Positions 32,869 through 43,923 of a stretch of DNA of 64,000 nt are shown in pieces (position 1 is the stretch's first letter; every line of letters begins with the position of its first letter). A program made the position numbers and the translations under genes. The notes below the pieces were generated by a model, which saw nothing but the letters and a program-made list of their open reading frames with translations, made no database searches and was not told the origin of the DNA. The DNA comes from an uncultured Acidobacteriota bacterium (GTDB taxonomy: Bacteria > Acidobacteriota > Blastocatellia > RBC074), in assembly GCA_963796275.1 (NCBI GenBank), contig CAWCKY010000006.1, forward strand, positions 928,001 to 992,000. The letters run 5' to 3'.

Positions 32869-33816
32869 ATGAAACCGGCCTTTTTCAATGCGGTATTGCT
32901 TGCTTCGGCGCTGGTTTTGTCGGCGTTGTCAGACCAGTCAACTCGCGAAACACCAGCGGCCGATAAGACGGCGGTAGTGCAGATCCCCGAAGCGCATTTT
33001 CATCACCTCCACCTCAATACCGCTGACCCGCGATCGGCAATCGATTTTTACACGAGTAAATTCGACTGCGAGAAATCTCGTTTTGCGGGATCGATGGATG
33101 CTGTATGGGCGCAAAAATCGTGGCTGCTCTTCACCAAAGTAAACCGACCTCCCGCGTGGGAACTGACTTCGGCTATCTGGCATTTCGGCTGGGGAGCAGA
33201 GGACATGAAGGCTACCTACGAAAAGCATCTGTCATCGGGAACGAAGTTTTTCACGCCCCTGACGGACATCAGCGACATCGCCAATCCGAACGCGCCGCCG
33301 GGAAGATTCTTTTATGCATATATCGAGAGTCCTGACAAGGCTCTGATCGAGATCAACACCGCGCAGCATCATCAGTTCGGACATCTGCACCTGTTCAGCG
33401 CCGACCCGGTTTCGGCGGGCGAATGGTATATGAAGTATTTGGGCGCCAGGCGGCGGTCAACGTCCGCTCCGTCGCGCGAGCCGCGCTTTTATCGCGGTCA
33501 CCAGGTTGGACCGGCTGCATCGCTCGTGATGGACAATGTGAACATAATCATCTATCCCGTTGAGTACACAAAGAAGGCTTACGCGGATCATTGGAAAGGT
33601 AGAATCGGGATCGAATCGACCAGAGGCCGGGTTGTGGATCATGTCGGATTTAGCTTCGACGACCTTGCCGATGTTTTGGACAAGCTGCGGAAAGATGGCG
33701 TGAAAGTAACCGACGAGATTCGCTCGATTGCCGGAGGAAAGGTAAAATCGGCATTCATCGAAGGGCCGGATAAAATTCGCATCGAATTGGTCGAAGGCCA
33801 CGCAAGACAGGAGTGA
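32869..33816 (+). CDS. Exported VOC (glyoxalase/bleomycin-resistance/dioxygenase) family protein
   Basis: Signal peptide; FHHLHL, IWHFGW, FGHLHL, VDHVGF, EGPDKIRIELVE. Confidence 0.82.
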   Translation: MKPAFFNAVLLASALVLSALSDQSTRETPAADKTAVVQIPEAHFHHLHLNTADPRSAIDFYTSKFDCEKSRFAGSMDAVWAQKSWLLFTKVNRPPAWELTSAIWHFGWGAEDMKATYEKHLSSGTKFFTPLTDISDIANPNAPPGRFFYAYIESPDKALIEINTAQHHQFGHLHLFSADPVSAGEWYMKYLGARRRSTSAPSREPRFYRGHQVGPAASLVMDNVNIIIYPVEYTKKAYADHWKGRIGIESTRGRVVDHVGFSFDDLADVLDKLRKDGVKVTDEIRSIAGGKVKSAFIEGPDKIRIELVEGHARQE

Positions 33817-33842
33817 TCAACCGTTTTTTGGAGGAATAGTAT

Positions 33843-34814
33843 ATGCGAGGATTATTTATAGCTTCTATTTTGCTCATTCAATTTCCATCTTATTATTATT
33901 TAGCCCAGCAGGACAAATTGGAGGGGCGCTGGGAAGGGAAGGTACAAACAGCTCAGGGCGAACGAGCCACGACCGTGATTTTCAAGAAGGAAGGCGAGAC
34001 ATATACGGGAAGGACGTCCAGCCTTCGGCAAGGTCAGGAGATCCTGATCAAAGATATTAAGATAGATGGCGACAAAGTTACGGCCAAAGCCGATGTCGAT
34101 ACACCCCAGGCCGCGGTCACCATCACCTACACTTTTACGCTCGCCGGGGAGACGATGAAGGGGGAGGGTGCCGTTGATTTCGGTGGGCAAAATTTCACTT
34201 TTGACATCGATCTCAAGCGCGTAAGCAATGACACCGCGGGGTCACTGGAATCTCAAACTCAAACCCAGGCCCAAAACCAACCCCAACCCCAACAACAAAA
34301 CCAACCGCAAGCACAATCGGGGGGGCAGCAGCGTTCGCGATCGAATGTCCCTCAACCGCAGCAGAAGCAATCGATTGATTATTTCACCGGCCGATGGAGC
34401 TTCAAGTATATCGGCCGTGAGAGCGCATTGTGGCCTGCGCCTCGCGAGGGCGTCGCGACCTTCACCAAACGCGCGGACGGCAAATCGGTCGAAGGCGTTA
34501 CCGAAGGAAATGCGGATGGGAACATCTTTAAAGAAACATCCGTTATTGCATTCGACGATTCTAGTAAGATGCTGACTTTCACTGAAAAACTCGCGCGCGG
34601 TGCCGTACTGAACAGCAAAGCCGATTGGACGAGCCCGATCTCGATTCGCTTCGCGGTCGAGCCGGTCAAGCTCAAGGGCCAGACCTTGCAGTTGCGCCGC
34701 ACCATCAGCGTTATCGCGGCTCATACCTTTACAGTTACTGAAGAATTGTCGGAAGACGGAGGGCCATTTGTGCGATTGGGCAGCGCTGTATTCACAAAAG
34801 ACGGGGCGAAATAA
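33843..34814 (+). CDS. Exported two-domain hypothetical protein with a Q/P/N-rich linker
   Basis: Signal-like N-terminus; LEGRWEG beta domain, [19 protein letters not shown] linker, YFTGRWSF (DUF1579-like) domain; RBS GGAGG. Confidence 0.7.
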   Translation: MRGLFIASILLIQFPSYYYLAQQDKLEGRWEGKVQTAQGERATTVIFKKEGETYTGRTSSLRQGQEILIKDIKIDGDKVTAKADVDTPQAAVTITYTFTLAGETMKGEGAVDFGGQNFTFDIDLKRVSNDTAGSLESQTQTQAQNQPQPQQQNQPQAQSGGQQRSRSNVPQPQQKQSIDYFTGRWSFKYIGRESALWPAPREGVATFTKRADGKSVEGVTEGNADGNIFKETSVIAFDDSSKMLTFTEKLARGAVLNSKADWTSPISIRFAVEPVKLKGQTLQLRRTISVIAAHTFTVTEELSEDGGPFVRLGSAVFTKDGAK

Positions 34815-34931
34815 GTTTTTAGTTTTCAGTTTTTAGTTTTCAGTTTTCGATCAAAGACTCCCCAACAGTAACCCGAAGGCTGAAAACTGCTGAAACTGCT
34901 GAAAACTAAAAACTGAAAACTGAAAACTATT
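34815..34931. repeat. Heptamer-armed palindrome, (GTTTTCA)n...(TGAAAAC)n
   Basis: gttttta gttttca gttttta gttttca ... tgaaaac taaaaac tgaaaac tgaaaac. Confidence 0.85.
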
Positions 34932-34941
34932 TTCTGGGAGA

Positions 34942-36888
34942 TTGAAATTGCGACGATTCATCGGTCTTCTACTCATCACAATCATCAGTTTAACGCCGAT
35001 AGCTGCTCAGCATAGCTCTAAGAAAGGCGAATGGCGTTTTTATGGCGGCGACAACGGCAGCACGAAATATTCGGCGCTCGACCTGATTAACCGGGAGAAT
35101 GCCGGCAAATTGAAGATCGCGTGGACCTGGGATTCGCCCGATCTGACTCTTCAAAAAGAGAACCGGATGCTGAGTTCGTTTGCCTACGAGACTACCCCGC
35201 TCATGGTGGGCGGCGTGCTTTACGTCAGCACATCGCTCAGTCAGATTGCAGCGGTCAATGCGCGGACGGGTGAAACGATCTGGGTCTTCAATCCGGAGAG
35301 CTACAAGACCGGACGCCCCACTAATCTCGGCTACGTCCATCGTGGCACGTCTTATTGGACCGATGGTAAATCGGAACGCCTTTTCATCGCTACCGGGGAT
35401 GCCTATTTGTGGGCGGTCGATGCGAAGACCGGCAAAGCCGTCGACGCATTCGGAGAGGGAGGTAAGATAAATCTCGCCCGGGCGATTCCCCTCGCACAAA
35501 ATGCGCGCAATTACGCGGTGACATCGCCGCCCGTAATATGCCGCGATGTTGTTATAGTGGGAGCGTCGATCTTCGACGGGCCGACCAATAAGGAGATGCC
35601 GCGCGGCGACATTCAGGCGTTCGATGCCCGCACGGGTAAGCCGCTCTGGATTTTTCATTCAATCCCGCAGGCAGGCGAGTACGGCGTTGAATCCTGGGAG
35701 AGCGACTCGTGGAAATATTCGGGCAATACCAACGTCTGGACGTTGATGAGCGCCGATGAAGAGCTAGGTTATGTCTATCTGCCATTCGGGACGCCGACCA
35801 ACGATTGGTACGGCGGACACCGGCCCGGCAACAATTTGTTCGCCGAATCGCTGGTCTGTCTAGATGCGAAGACGGGCAAGCGCGTCTGGCATTTTCAAAC
35901 GGTTCATCACGGACTGTGGGATTACGATCTGCCCGCCGCTCCTGTGCTCTGTGACATCGCGGTCGGGGGGCGCAGGATCAAGGCCGTAGCTCAGATCACA
36001 AAGACCGGATTCACCTTCGTTTTCGACCGCACGAACGGCAAACCGGTCTGGCCCATAGAAGAGCGGGCTGTCCCGCAATCGAAGGTGGAAGGCGAACGCA
36101 CATCGCCGACGCAGCCATTCCCGACGAAGCCGGCTCCCTTTGAGCTGCAGGGCGCAATCGTCGAGAACCTCATCGATTTCACCCCGGAATTACGTGAAGA
36201 AGCCAAGAAGATTCTCGAAAAGTACGACCACGGTCCGATCTTTACACCGCCGACCGAGCGGGGAACGATCAACCTGCCGGGCTGGGCGGGGGGCGGCAAC
36301 TGGTGGGGCGCAGCGTTCGATCCGCAGACTGGAATCTTCTACATCCCTTCGATCACATCGCCGATCGTGGTCAAGCTGAGCAAACCCGATCCAGCCCGTT
36401 CAAATTTCACATACGTGCGCGGGGGCCCGGCATTCGGCGGAAGCGTCGAAGGGCCGAGTGGATTGCCGCTATTCAAACCGCCATATGGCCGCATTACGGC
36501 GATCAATTTGAATAAGGGCGAGCATATCTGGATGATCCCGCACGGCGACGGTCCGCGGCAAAAATTTAGTGAAATATTAGGCAAAGACGTGGGCGCATTG
36601 GGAGCGGGAGGTGGCGGACCTCTGCTCACCAAGACATTGTTGTTCATCGGTCAGGGCGCGGGAGGGCGCGGCGGTCGCTCGGGTGGCGGCGCAAATGTGC
36701 TCCGAGCCTTCGATAAAGCCACGGGAAAAGTGGTTGCGGTCATCGATCTGCCTGGGACGCCGAGCGGGACTCCCATGACCTATCTCGCAGGCGGAAAGCA
36801 ATATATTGTATTGGCGGTAAATGACGGCCGGTTGGTAGCGCTCAGTTTACCCGAAGAAGGAGATTCACCACAAAAATCACAAAAGTGA
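34942..36888 (+). CDS. PQQ-dependent dehydrogenase (glucose/quinate dehydrogenase-like, lacking the N-terminal membrane domain)
   Basis: Signal peptide; [69 protein letters not shown]. Confidence 0.9.
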   Translation: MKLRRFIGLLLITIISLTPIAAQHSSKKGEWRFYGGDNGSTKYSALDLINRENAGKLKIAWTWDSPDLTLQKENRMLSSFAYETTPLMVGGVLYVSTSLSQIAAVNARTGETIWVFNPESYKTGRPTNLGYVHRGTSYWTDGKSERLFIATGDAYLWAVDAKTGKAVDAFGEGGKINLARAIPLAQNARNYAVTSPPVICRDVVIVGASIFDGPTNKEMPRGDIQAFDARTGKPLWIFHSIPQAGEYGVESWESDSWKYSGNTNVWTLMSADEELGYVYLPFGTPTNDWYGGHRPGNNLFAESLVCLDAKTGKRVWHFQTVHHGLWDYDLPAAPVLCDIAVGGRRIKAVAQITKTGFTFVFDRTNGKPVWPIEERAVPQSKVEGERTSPTQPFPTKPAPFELQGAIVENLIDFTPELREEAKKILEKYDHGPIFTPPTERGTINLPGWAGGGNWWGAAFDPQTGIFYIPSITSPIVVKLSKPDPARSNFTYVRGGPAFGGSVEGPSGLPLFKPPYGRITAINLNKGEHIWMIPHGDGPRQKFSEILGKDVGALGAGGGGPLLTKTLLFIGQGAGGRGGRSGGGANVLRAFDKATGKVVAVIDLPGTPSGTPMTYLAGGKQYIVLAVNDGRLVALSLPEEGDSPQKSQK

Positions 36889-37011
36889 CAACAGCGATAA
36901 AATAGAAATAAAGATGCTTGGATCTATATTTTGTGAGCTTTGCGGGGCGCGTGGGAAATCCGGCTTCGAATTTGCTTCCACGCCTAATTGACCATCGCGG
37001 GAGAGGAATCT

Positions 37012-37560
37012 ATGTTGCGCAATCTTTTGAGCTTACTCTTGTTTTTATTTGCCACGGTAATCCCGGTTTTCTCTCAATTACCTCCGGAAGCGGTAGAACT
37101 CGACAAGGTTAAAATTCCCGAGACGCAGAAATCGGAAGACCTGTGTCCGGTTTATCTCGAAGCATCCGACCGTAAGTCACCGACGTGGGAGTACAAGGGA
37201 ATGAAATATCGCGGCAGCAGGCCGGATGCTCAGGAGAAATTTTTCAAGGATCCTGACAAATTCGCCGAGGCAGCTAAGAAGCAACGTTGGATCAATAACT
37301 TTATGCAGGCGATGAGTGTCGTCTGGTGCCCGGTGACCGATCAGATCACCCCGGGCGGGATGTTGCAATGGAAAAGGTTTGGGGTGACATTTGAGAGCTG
37401 TTGTTCGTTCTGCGATGAGAATGCGAAGGAAGAAGATTTCCCAAAAGGCCTGGAGACGCTGAAAAAACGCGCCGAATTGGCTTACGCGATGACGGGCGGA
37501 AAATATACCGAGGGCGCGAAGAGCCCGGTTGAAGGAGCGATCAAGAAGCCGAAATCATAA
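37012..37560 (+). CDS. Exported protein with two YHS/TRASH-like segments
   Basis: RBS GAGAGG; signal peptide; CPV...EYKGMKY...EKFFKDPDKF and CPVT...FESCCSFC. Confidence 0.65.
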   Translation: MLRNLLSLLLFLFATVIPVFSQLPPEAVELDKVKIPETQKSEDLCPVYLEASDRKSPTWEYKGMKYRGSRPDAQEKFFKDPDKFAEAAKKQRWINNFMQAMSVVWCPVTDQITPGGMLQWKRFGVTFESCCSFCDENAKEEDFPKGLETLKKRAELAYAMTGGKYTEGAKSPVEGAIKKPKS

Positions 37561-37605
37561 CGGTGCGGAAATTTAGTATTGCGATATCACCACGGATACA
37601 CCAGG

Positions 37606-38616
37606 ATGCGAAAGATCAGCACGGGTATTATCGGCTTTAAATTTCTGGCCGTCTTTTCGGTAATGTCATTGTTGCTTGCGTCTGCGGCCGCCGTCCAAAA
37701 TAACACGCCGAAAAAAACGCGCGACCCCAAAGCCTGGGGCGGCAACCATGTGGGCAAGCCCATTCCCGAGTATGTTCAGGGTGACGAATGCCTCTTTTGT
37801 CATCGCAACGATATCGGTCCAGACTGGCAGAAAAATTCGCACGGATTGACAGTGCGTGATCGGGAGAGCGCGCCCGAGATTCTGGCCTTGCTCAAGGAAA
37901 ACGCTGCGCTCGAGAAGTTAGTGCCGGAAGTCGAGTTTTTAATGGGCAGCCGTCATCGCGTTCGTTTTCTCAAAAAAGCGGGTTACGGTAAGTTTGCGCT
38001 GCTCAATGTGCAAGCGTCACTCGACAATAATCATAAGATAGAAAAGTGGGTTCAGTTGGAGAAGCCCAGCTGGGATAATGACAAATTTGCGAATAGCTGC
38101 GCCGGCTGCCACTCGACCGCCGTCGATCCGGCAACCAAAACATTTACGGCATTCAGCCTCGATTGTTATACCTGTCACGGTGACGTGAATCTGGAACACA
38201 GCAAAGATACCTCGCTCGTCCTCCTATCGAAGAAGCGCCGCAACGATGTAAAGGTAATCACCTCGCTCTGCGCGCAGTGCCATCTGCGCGAGGCGAGGGC
38301 ATTGTCTACCGGGTTGCCTTATCCGAACAACTTCGTCGCGGGCGATAATCTATTTCAGGATTTTGGTGCGGATTTATCGAGGGCAAAAGATCCGCAATTG
38401 AATGCCGGCGATCGGCATGTCTGGCGAAACGTGCGCGATGTTGCGATAAACGGTGATGAAACTATCAGTTGTTTGAACTGTCATCAGGTTCACGCCAATT
38501 CAAGTTTTAAACACAGGCGCGTCTTGCGCGCACCCATTTGCTCGGAATGTCATCTAGGATCCGGGTTTAAAGAGATTAAGCGTTTTGTCGTTCGGAGCGG
38601 GCTTTGCGAATATTGA
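37606..38616 (+). CDS. Exported multiheme (6 CxxCH) c-type cytochrome
   Basis: CLFCH, CAGCH, CYTCH, CAQCH, CLNCH, CSECH; hydrophobic N-terminus. Start uncertain. Confidence 0.88.
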   Translation: MRKISTGIIGFKFLAVFSVMSLLLASAAAVQNNTPKKTRDPKAWGGNHVGKPIPEYVQGDECLFCHRNDIGPDWQKNSHGLTVRDRESAPEILALLKENAALEKLVPEVEFLMGSRHRVRFLKKAGYGKFALLNVQASLDNNHKIEKWVQLEKPSWDNDKFANSCAGCHSTAVDPATKTFTAFSLDCYTCHGDVNLEHSKDTSLVLLSKKRRNDVKVITSLCAQCHLREARALSTGLPYPNNFVAGDNLFQDFGADLSRAKDPQLNAGDRHVWRNVRDVAINGDETISCLNCHQVHANSSFKHRRVLRAPICSECHLGSGFKEIKRFVVRSGLCEY

Positions 38617-38674
38617 CTAACTCACCACCCCTGCGTGGCGGGCGATCCATAAACGATTGACTGAGATACACTTG

Positions 38675-38959
38675 CTAGCACTCGCGCGGTCGATTTCCCT
38701 CTCGATATCGTAAGCATTCTTCCAATACCTTGCGATACTCTATTACATCCACATCGCGCTCGCAGCAGAGCAACATGAGGCAGCCATCGTCTCGAAAATT
38801 ATCATCCCACTCGATGACTGATTCGTCAGACCAGGTCGAATCGTACTGCTGCATCTTTTCATCGGGCATCCGGTCGAAATAAGCACGCAGGTTGATGCCG
38901 GTCTCATCCATCGGTTCGTCGGAGGGGGATTGTTCGAAGTTCCAGGCTGTCTGTTCCAT
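38675..38959 (-). CDS. Small acidic hypothetical protein
   Basis: 94-aa protein-like ORF ([10 protein letters not shown]...) rich in D/E, followed upstream by an AT-rich region. Confidence 0.6.
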   Translation of the reverse strand: MEQTAWNFEQSPSDEPMDETGINLRAYFDRMPDEKMQQYDSTWSDESVIEWDDNFRDDGCLMLLCCERDVDVIEYRKVLEECLRYREGNRPREC

Positions 38960-39117
38960 ATTGTTATTATTATAAAAATGATTGAATAAATCGGTTATTA
39001 TTCTGCATGAGTTAGCAGGTGACGTCAAATTCCTATGAACTAAATTATTAAGATAAGCGTATCTGCAATGGCCCGTACAAATACTTATTAGATAGTTGAA
39101 AAACCGAGGAACAAGTT

Positions 39118-39837
39118 ATGACATCAAATCCAGGTTCGACTCTGCCGCTGATTTTGATGGAAGACATAACAAGGGAATTCCGCCAGGGAGGCGTCGTAAC
39201 GCACGTATTGAATGGTGTTGATCTGACTGTCAGTCGTGGTGAGTTCATTGTAGTCTTCGGCCCCTCAGGGTGCGGTAAATCGACTTTGCTGGCGCTTATG
39301 GGTTTGTTGGATTCTCCAACCGCCGGTCTCTACTGTTTCGGCGGTCAACCCGTACAAGATCTGAAACTATCGGACCGTGCGCGCATCCGCAATCAGGAGA
39401 TCGGCTTCGTCTTTCAAAGCTTCAATCTTATCGGTGATATGTCGGTCTTCGAAAACATCGAGCAGCCATTGAGCTATCTCAAGATGAAACCGTCGTACCG
39501 CAAAGATCGGGTGATGGAGGTGCTCGGCCAGGTTGGAATCGCGGACCGCGTGCGCCATCGTCCGAGTCAGCTTTCCGGCGGGCATCAGCAACTCGTCTCT
39601 ATCGCGCGCGCAATTGTCTGCCAACCGACCATACTGCTTGCCGATGAGCCTACCGGAAATCTGGATTCAGCTAACGGTGAGATGGTGATGAACCTTCTCA
39701 AGCAATTGCATACGAATGGCACAACCGTATGCCTGGTTACGCACGACCCGCGCTTCCTGCACCTCGCTGATCAGAAAATAGGTATGCTGGACGGAAAAAT
39801 GTTCAAAGGTGAAGAGGCAATGTCGATCAGACTGTAG
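39118..39837 (+). CDS. ABC transporter ATP-binding protein (LolD/MacB-type) with no adjacent permease
   Basis: GPSGCGKST, IGFVFQSFNL, LSGGHQQ, LLADEPTGNLD, VTHD. Confidence 0.92.
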   Translation: MTSNPGSTLPLILMEDITREFRQGGVVTHVLNGVDLTVSRGEFIVVFGPSGCGKSTLLALMGLLDSPTAGLYCFGGQPVQDLKLSDRARIRNQEIGFVFQSFNLIGDMSVFENIEQPLSYLKMKPSYRKDRVMEVLGQVGIADRVRHRPSQLSGGHQQLVSIARAIVCQPTILLADEPTGNLDSANGEMVMNLLKQLHTNGTTVCLVTHDPRFLHLADQKIGMLDGKMFKGEEAMSIRL

Positions 39838-39908
39838 AGCAGGAGGCTGGGGGCATTCGATCCGACAGTGCTGCAGAAGGCAGCCAGGGCTCAACCCTGA
39901 AAACCTTC

Positions 39909-41171
39909 TCAAATCCTTTGGGTAATGGGTTTAGATTCAATGCCATCAAGATAAACTCCGATGGGGTGCTCGATACCAGTGAAATAAGCGAGTTCGCGAT
40001 AATCGCTGCAATCATGAATCACAAAATTTGCGCGCTTACCTGTTTCGAGCGAACCGATCTCATCGCCGCGGCCGAGGCTGTAGGCGGCGTTGATCGTTGA
40101 CGCCGTGATCGCTTCGGCCGGCGTCATCTTCATCTGCGTCGAAGCTAGGGATAAGACGAGCAACATCGATGGTACGGGCGATGATCCGGGATTGAAATCG
40201 GTTGCGATGACGGCGGCGAGGCCCGCATCAATCATTGCGCGCGCGTCCGGATAGCGCTGCGAGCCGAGCATGAGGACTGCGGCCGGTAACAAGACTGGTT
40301 GTATCCCGCCAGCCTTCAGTATCGAGATTTCGGGCGTGCCTGCGTGTTCGAGATGATCGGCGGTCGATGCCCCGAGCTCTGCCGCGAGTTCTGCGCCGCC
40401 GCTCAGTGAGAGTTGATCCGCGTGAATCCGCAGACCCAGGCCGAGTACCCTCGCTGCCAGCAGGATCCGGCGCGATTCTGCGACGGTGAACGCCCCTTCC
40501 TCGCAGAATACGTCACAATAATCAGCCAGTCTTTCACGAGCCACGCGCGGGAGCATCTCTTCGATGATCAGATCGACGTATGCAGACCTATTCCCTCGAA
40601 ACTCATCTGGCACGACATGCGCGCCAAGAAAAGTCGGTACAAATGTTCCCGGCATCTCAGCATTCAGCCGCCGAATAACGCGCAGCATTTTCAATTCGTC
40701 TTCGATACTCAGTCCGTATCCGGACTTCGCTTCCACCGTCGTCGTGCCAGTTCGCCGAAACCATTGGCAGTAGCGTTTGGAGGTTTCAAACAGATCATCC
40801 TCGCCAGCCGCGCGCGTCTTCGTGACTGTCGATCTTATGCCGCCACCCGCCGCAGCGATCTCCTGATAAGTCGCTCCGCTTGCGCGCATCTCGAATTCAT
40901 CGAGGCGATCGCCTGCGAAGACCGGATGCGTATGGGCATCGACGAAGCCGGGCATTACGATGCGACCACCTGCATCGATAAGCTCGTAGCCCGCGAGCGT
41001 CGGCTCGATTTCATGCCTGGTTCCGGTTCGTTCGATTCGCCCATCGCGGATCGACATCGCGCCGTTCGAGATGATCGCCAGATCGCGCATCTCGAAGCCG
41101 ATGCGCGGGCGGCGAGGGCCGTTGAGTGTGATGAGCTGTGAAACATTGATGACCGCGAAATTGCCGCTCAT
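39909..41171 (-). CDS. hutI: Imidazolonepropionase
   Basis: [45 protein letters not shown]; start overlaps the hutG stop. Confidence 0.94.
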   Translation of the reverse strand: MSGNFAVINVSQLITLNGPRRPRIGFEMRDLAIISNGAMSIRDGRIERTGTRHEIEPTLAGYELIDAGGRIVMPGFVDAHTHPVFAGDRLDEFEMRASGATYQEIAAAGGGIRSTVTKTRAAGEDDLFETSKRYCQWFRRTGTTTVEAKSGYGLSIEDELKMLRVIRRLNAEMPGTFVPTFLGAHVVPDEFRGNRSAYVDLIIEEMLPRVARERLADYCDVFCEEGAFTVAESRRILLAARVLGLGLRIHADQLSLSGGAELAAELGASTADHLEHAGTPEISILKAGGIQPVLLPAAVLMLGSQRYPDARAMIDAGLAAVIATDFNPGSSPVPSMLLVLSLASTQMKMTPAEAITASTINAAYSLGRGDEIGSLETGKRANFVIHDCSDYRELAYFTGIEHPIGVYLDGIESKPITQRI

Positions 41172-42115
41172 TACAGTTTCTCGTGCTTTGCCGTTAACCT
41201 GGTCAATAGGCCGGAGGCAAATGAGAGTAAACATCCGCTGGTTGCAAGAACCGTCACGCCCGCGATGTCCTGCGTGGGATCGACCTCGACCAGATCGATC
41301 GCGCGCACTTTCTTGTGCACGCCACACAACCAGGCTACGCGCTGCAGCTCCCACGGAGTCAGACCGCCGGGGCGTGACCCCGGAGCGGCAGGCGCAAAGG
41401 TGCGGTCGAGCACATCGATGTCCAGATCGATGTAGATCGTTTTGACTCTCTCGGATAGATATTGAAAGGCTTCGTTCAGGTGCGTCTCGACTCCGTGAGC
41501 GCGCACCTGATCCATCGTCACGACGGTGATCCCGGCCTGGTTCGCGACGTCCGCATAGGCGCGAGAGTTGGCGAATGGCTGGATTCCGATCTGCACTATA
41601 TTTTCGCCGGGCAAACCGTCGGCCAGTATTGCGCGCACCGGATTGCCGTTGGTCAATCCGCCCGAGAGGTCGCGCAGGTCAAAATGCGCATCGAGCGTTA
41701 TGAGGCCGATGTCGGTAAGAGGATCCGGCAGACCATTGATTCCCGGACGCGTGATCGAGTTGTCGCCGCCGAGCAGGACTACGGCATCGGCTTCCACCAG
41801 AGCGCTGCAAACGGCATCGCGCAGAGGCTCGAGCGCATCCTCCGGTTTCATCTCGGCCAATGGAAGATCACCCAGGTCTCGCGCTTCGAGCTGATGCAGA
41901 TCGGTTTCCGCTTCGATGTCATAGCAACTGAACTTCTGCAACGCTGCCCGGACCGCCGACGGTGCCAGATCACATCTTCCCGGCGTGATCGATCCGAGGC
42001 GGAGCGGCGCGCCGAGCACCGCCAGTTTTCCCAGGGTCGTCTGGGCGTGGGTGCCGGAGAGCCATGCGCCTGCTCGCGGCCAGTAAGGATCGTTGTGGAT
42101 TTGTGTCTGTGCCAT
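41171..42115 (-). CDS. hutG: Formimidoylglutamase (arginase/agmatinase family)
   Basis: [29 protein letters not shown]; located in the hut operon. Confidence 0.85.
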   Translation of the reverse strand: MAQTQIHNDPYWPRAGAWLSGTHAQTTLGKLAVLGAPLRLGSITPGRCDLAPSAVRAALQKFSCYDIEAETDLHQLEARDLGDLPLAEMKPEDALEPLRDAVCSALVEADAVVLLGGDNSITRPGINGLPDPLTDIGLITLDAHFDLRDLSGGLTNGNPVRAILADGLPGENIVQIGIQPFANSRAYADVANQAGITVVTMDQVRAHGVETHLNEAFQYLSERVKTIYIDLDIDVLDRTFAPAAPGSRPGGLTPWELQRVAWLCGVHKKVRAIDLVEVDPTQDIAGVTVLATSGCLLSFASGLLTRLTAKHEKL

Positions 42116-42193
42116 CGCCTATTCTCCGTCCTTAAGCGGGAAACAAATATAGCGAAAAAACAAATGTGCAAAAGTATTGTCTTTCGGCTACGA

Positions 42194-42320
42194 GTACTCT
42201 GGTAACCAAGTATTTTGATTTTATGCTAGCCCGCGAAGCGGGTGATAGCATAAAGCCCAGGTGAAGCCGAAGTCAGAACCATGGGTATAGCAATATCAAA
42301 AAAACTTTTTTCCACAGTAC
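42194..42320. mobile_element. MITE-like shell with IS630-like ends enclosing a partial REP
   Basis: The left end gtactctggtaac resembles the IS TIR gtactttggcaac. The right end reverse-complements to gtactgtggaaaaaagtttttttgatattgcta, an imperfect IR with the left end. Cargo: ctagcccgcgaagcgggt...agcccagg...ccatgggt. Confidence 0.55.
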
Positions 42321-42322
42321 TA

Positions 42323-43521
42323 GTACTTTGGCAACTATGTGATTTGACACGCGGATCACCATTCCCAGAGCATGGGAAAATGAAAAAACGGCACGTCAAA
42401 TTAAAAGCAAAAGACCGGGACTATCTGGAGTCCCTGATCTCCAAGGGGAAATTACCGGCCAAAACTTTCAAGCGAGCCACGGGCTTGCTCGAACTTGATC
42501 GCGGCAAGACACTCGAAGCGGTAGCCGAAACCCTCGGCGTCAGCCGAGTGACGGTCATGGCCTGGCGTGATAAGTACAAAGAGCAAGGCCTCAAGTGCCT
42601 GGAAGATGCCCCGCGGTCGGGACGTCCGCCGGAGATCGACGGCAAGTTGCGAGCGAAGATCACAGCCTTGGCCTGCAGCGAAGCGCCCGAAGGGCATGTG
42701 CGTTGGACTTTGCGGTTGTTGGCCGATAAGGTGGTCGAGATGGGTTATTGCGAAGAGATATCCAAGACCCATATTGGCAACATCCTGAAAAAAACGAACT
42801 GAAACCGCACCTCAACAAGACTTGGTGTCTTGGTAAGATCGACGCGAAGTTTCTCGCGCAAATGGAGGAGATTCTCCGGTTGTATGCGCTGGCCTATGAT
42901 CCAAACTACCCGGTGGTCTGCTTCGACGAGCGCCCGTGCTTCTTGATCGGGGAGGAGGTTGAACCGCTGGCGATGCAAAGCGGCCAAGTCCGCAAAGAGC
43001 ATTACGCTTATCAGAAGAACGGATCGTGTGCAGTGCTAGCTGCCATCGAACCACTGACCGGGCAAAGACTCGCGCAGGTCTCTTGGCAACGTACTAAGAA
43101 AGAGTTCACGCAGTTCGCTCAGAGACTGGCAGCAGCATATCCGGAGGCCAAAAAGATTCGACTCGTGCTGGACAATTTAAACACCCACCACGCCGGTTCC
43201 TTCTATCAAAACTTGCCGGCGGCGGAGGCCTTTGCGCTGGCGCAACGTTTCGAGTTTCACTATACGCCCAAGTCTGCCAGTTGGCTCAACATGATCGAGT
43301 GTGAATTCTCGGCGGTGGCGCGTCAGTGTTTAAACCGGCGCATCCCGACTATTAAGCAACTGGAGAGAGATGTCTCGGCGATTATCAAAGAACGTAACGA
43401 AAAGAAGATCAAAATCAACTGGCAATTTTCGATCGAGTCTGCGAGAAACAAATTGAATCGTCATTATCAGAACGTTTTGCCCGATAATTCAAGATATCTG
43501 AAGACTTAGTTGCCAAAGTAC
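42323..43521 (+). mobile_element. IS630-family insertion sequence, copy 2 (1199 bp)
   Basis: Same TIRs; TA duplication in a CTAG site; translations identical to copy 1; slippery CTGAAAAAAAC at about 42785-42795. Confidence 0.95.
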
Positions 43522-43523
43522 TA

Positions 43524-43904
43524 GTCCTCTCTTAACTAAGCTTCTTGATAGTCGACGAAACAGTACCGCGAGCGGTAGCGAGCGTTGTACCCGAGTCAGT
43601 CGATTGAAGACTGTTCAAATAAAAGATAATTGGAATCAGCATTTTCGGACCTGAGCGCCAAGAGGCGCGGGATGTTTATAGTATTCGATCACCAAAGTCT
43701 CACGAGCTCCGGAGCTCAGGTTATGGTTAAGATCGTGAGCTATAGACATTACGCGCCTCCGGCGCTGAGATGCGAGACTATTGATTCTGTTGGATTTTAA
43801 TTTGCACACGCTTCAGTTGATTGAGACACGCTCGCTACCGCTCGAGGTACTGTTTCGAACTTGAATCGCCATTTAAATATCAAATAACCTCGTTTACAGA
43901 GTAC
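43524..43904. repeat. MITE-like shell enclosing a ~300-bp nested palindrome (43556-43857)
   Basis: Outer cgaaacagtaccgcgagcggtagcgagcgt pairs with acgctcgctaccgctcgaggtactgtttcg. Inner agcgccaagaggcgcg..atgtttatag pairs with ctatagacat..cgcgcctccggcgct. Ends: gtcctctcttaactaagcttcttgata and aatatcaaataacctcgtttacagagtac. Confidence 0.75.
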
Positions 43905-43923
43905 TCGGCGCTTTTTATATCTA

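Noticed and set aside
34250-34330. CAA/CCC-rich tract as a contingency (phase-variable) repeat
   Set aside because: It is imperfect and in frame, and encodes an ordinary Q/P/N linker between two domains.
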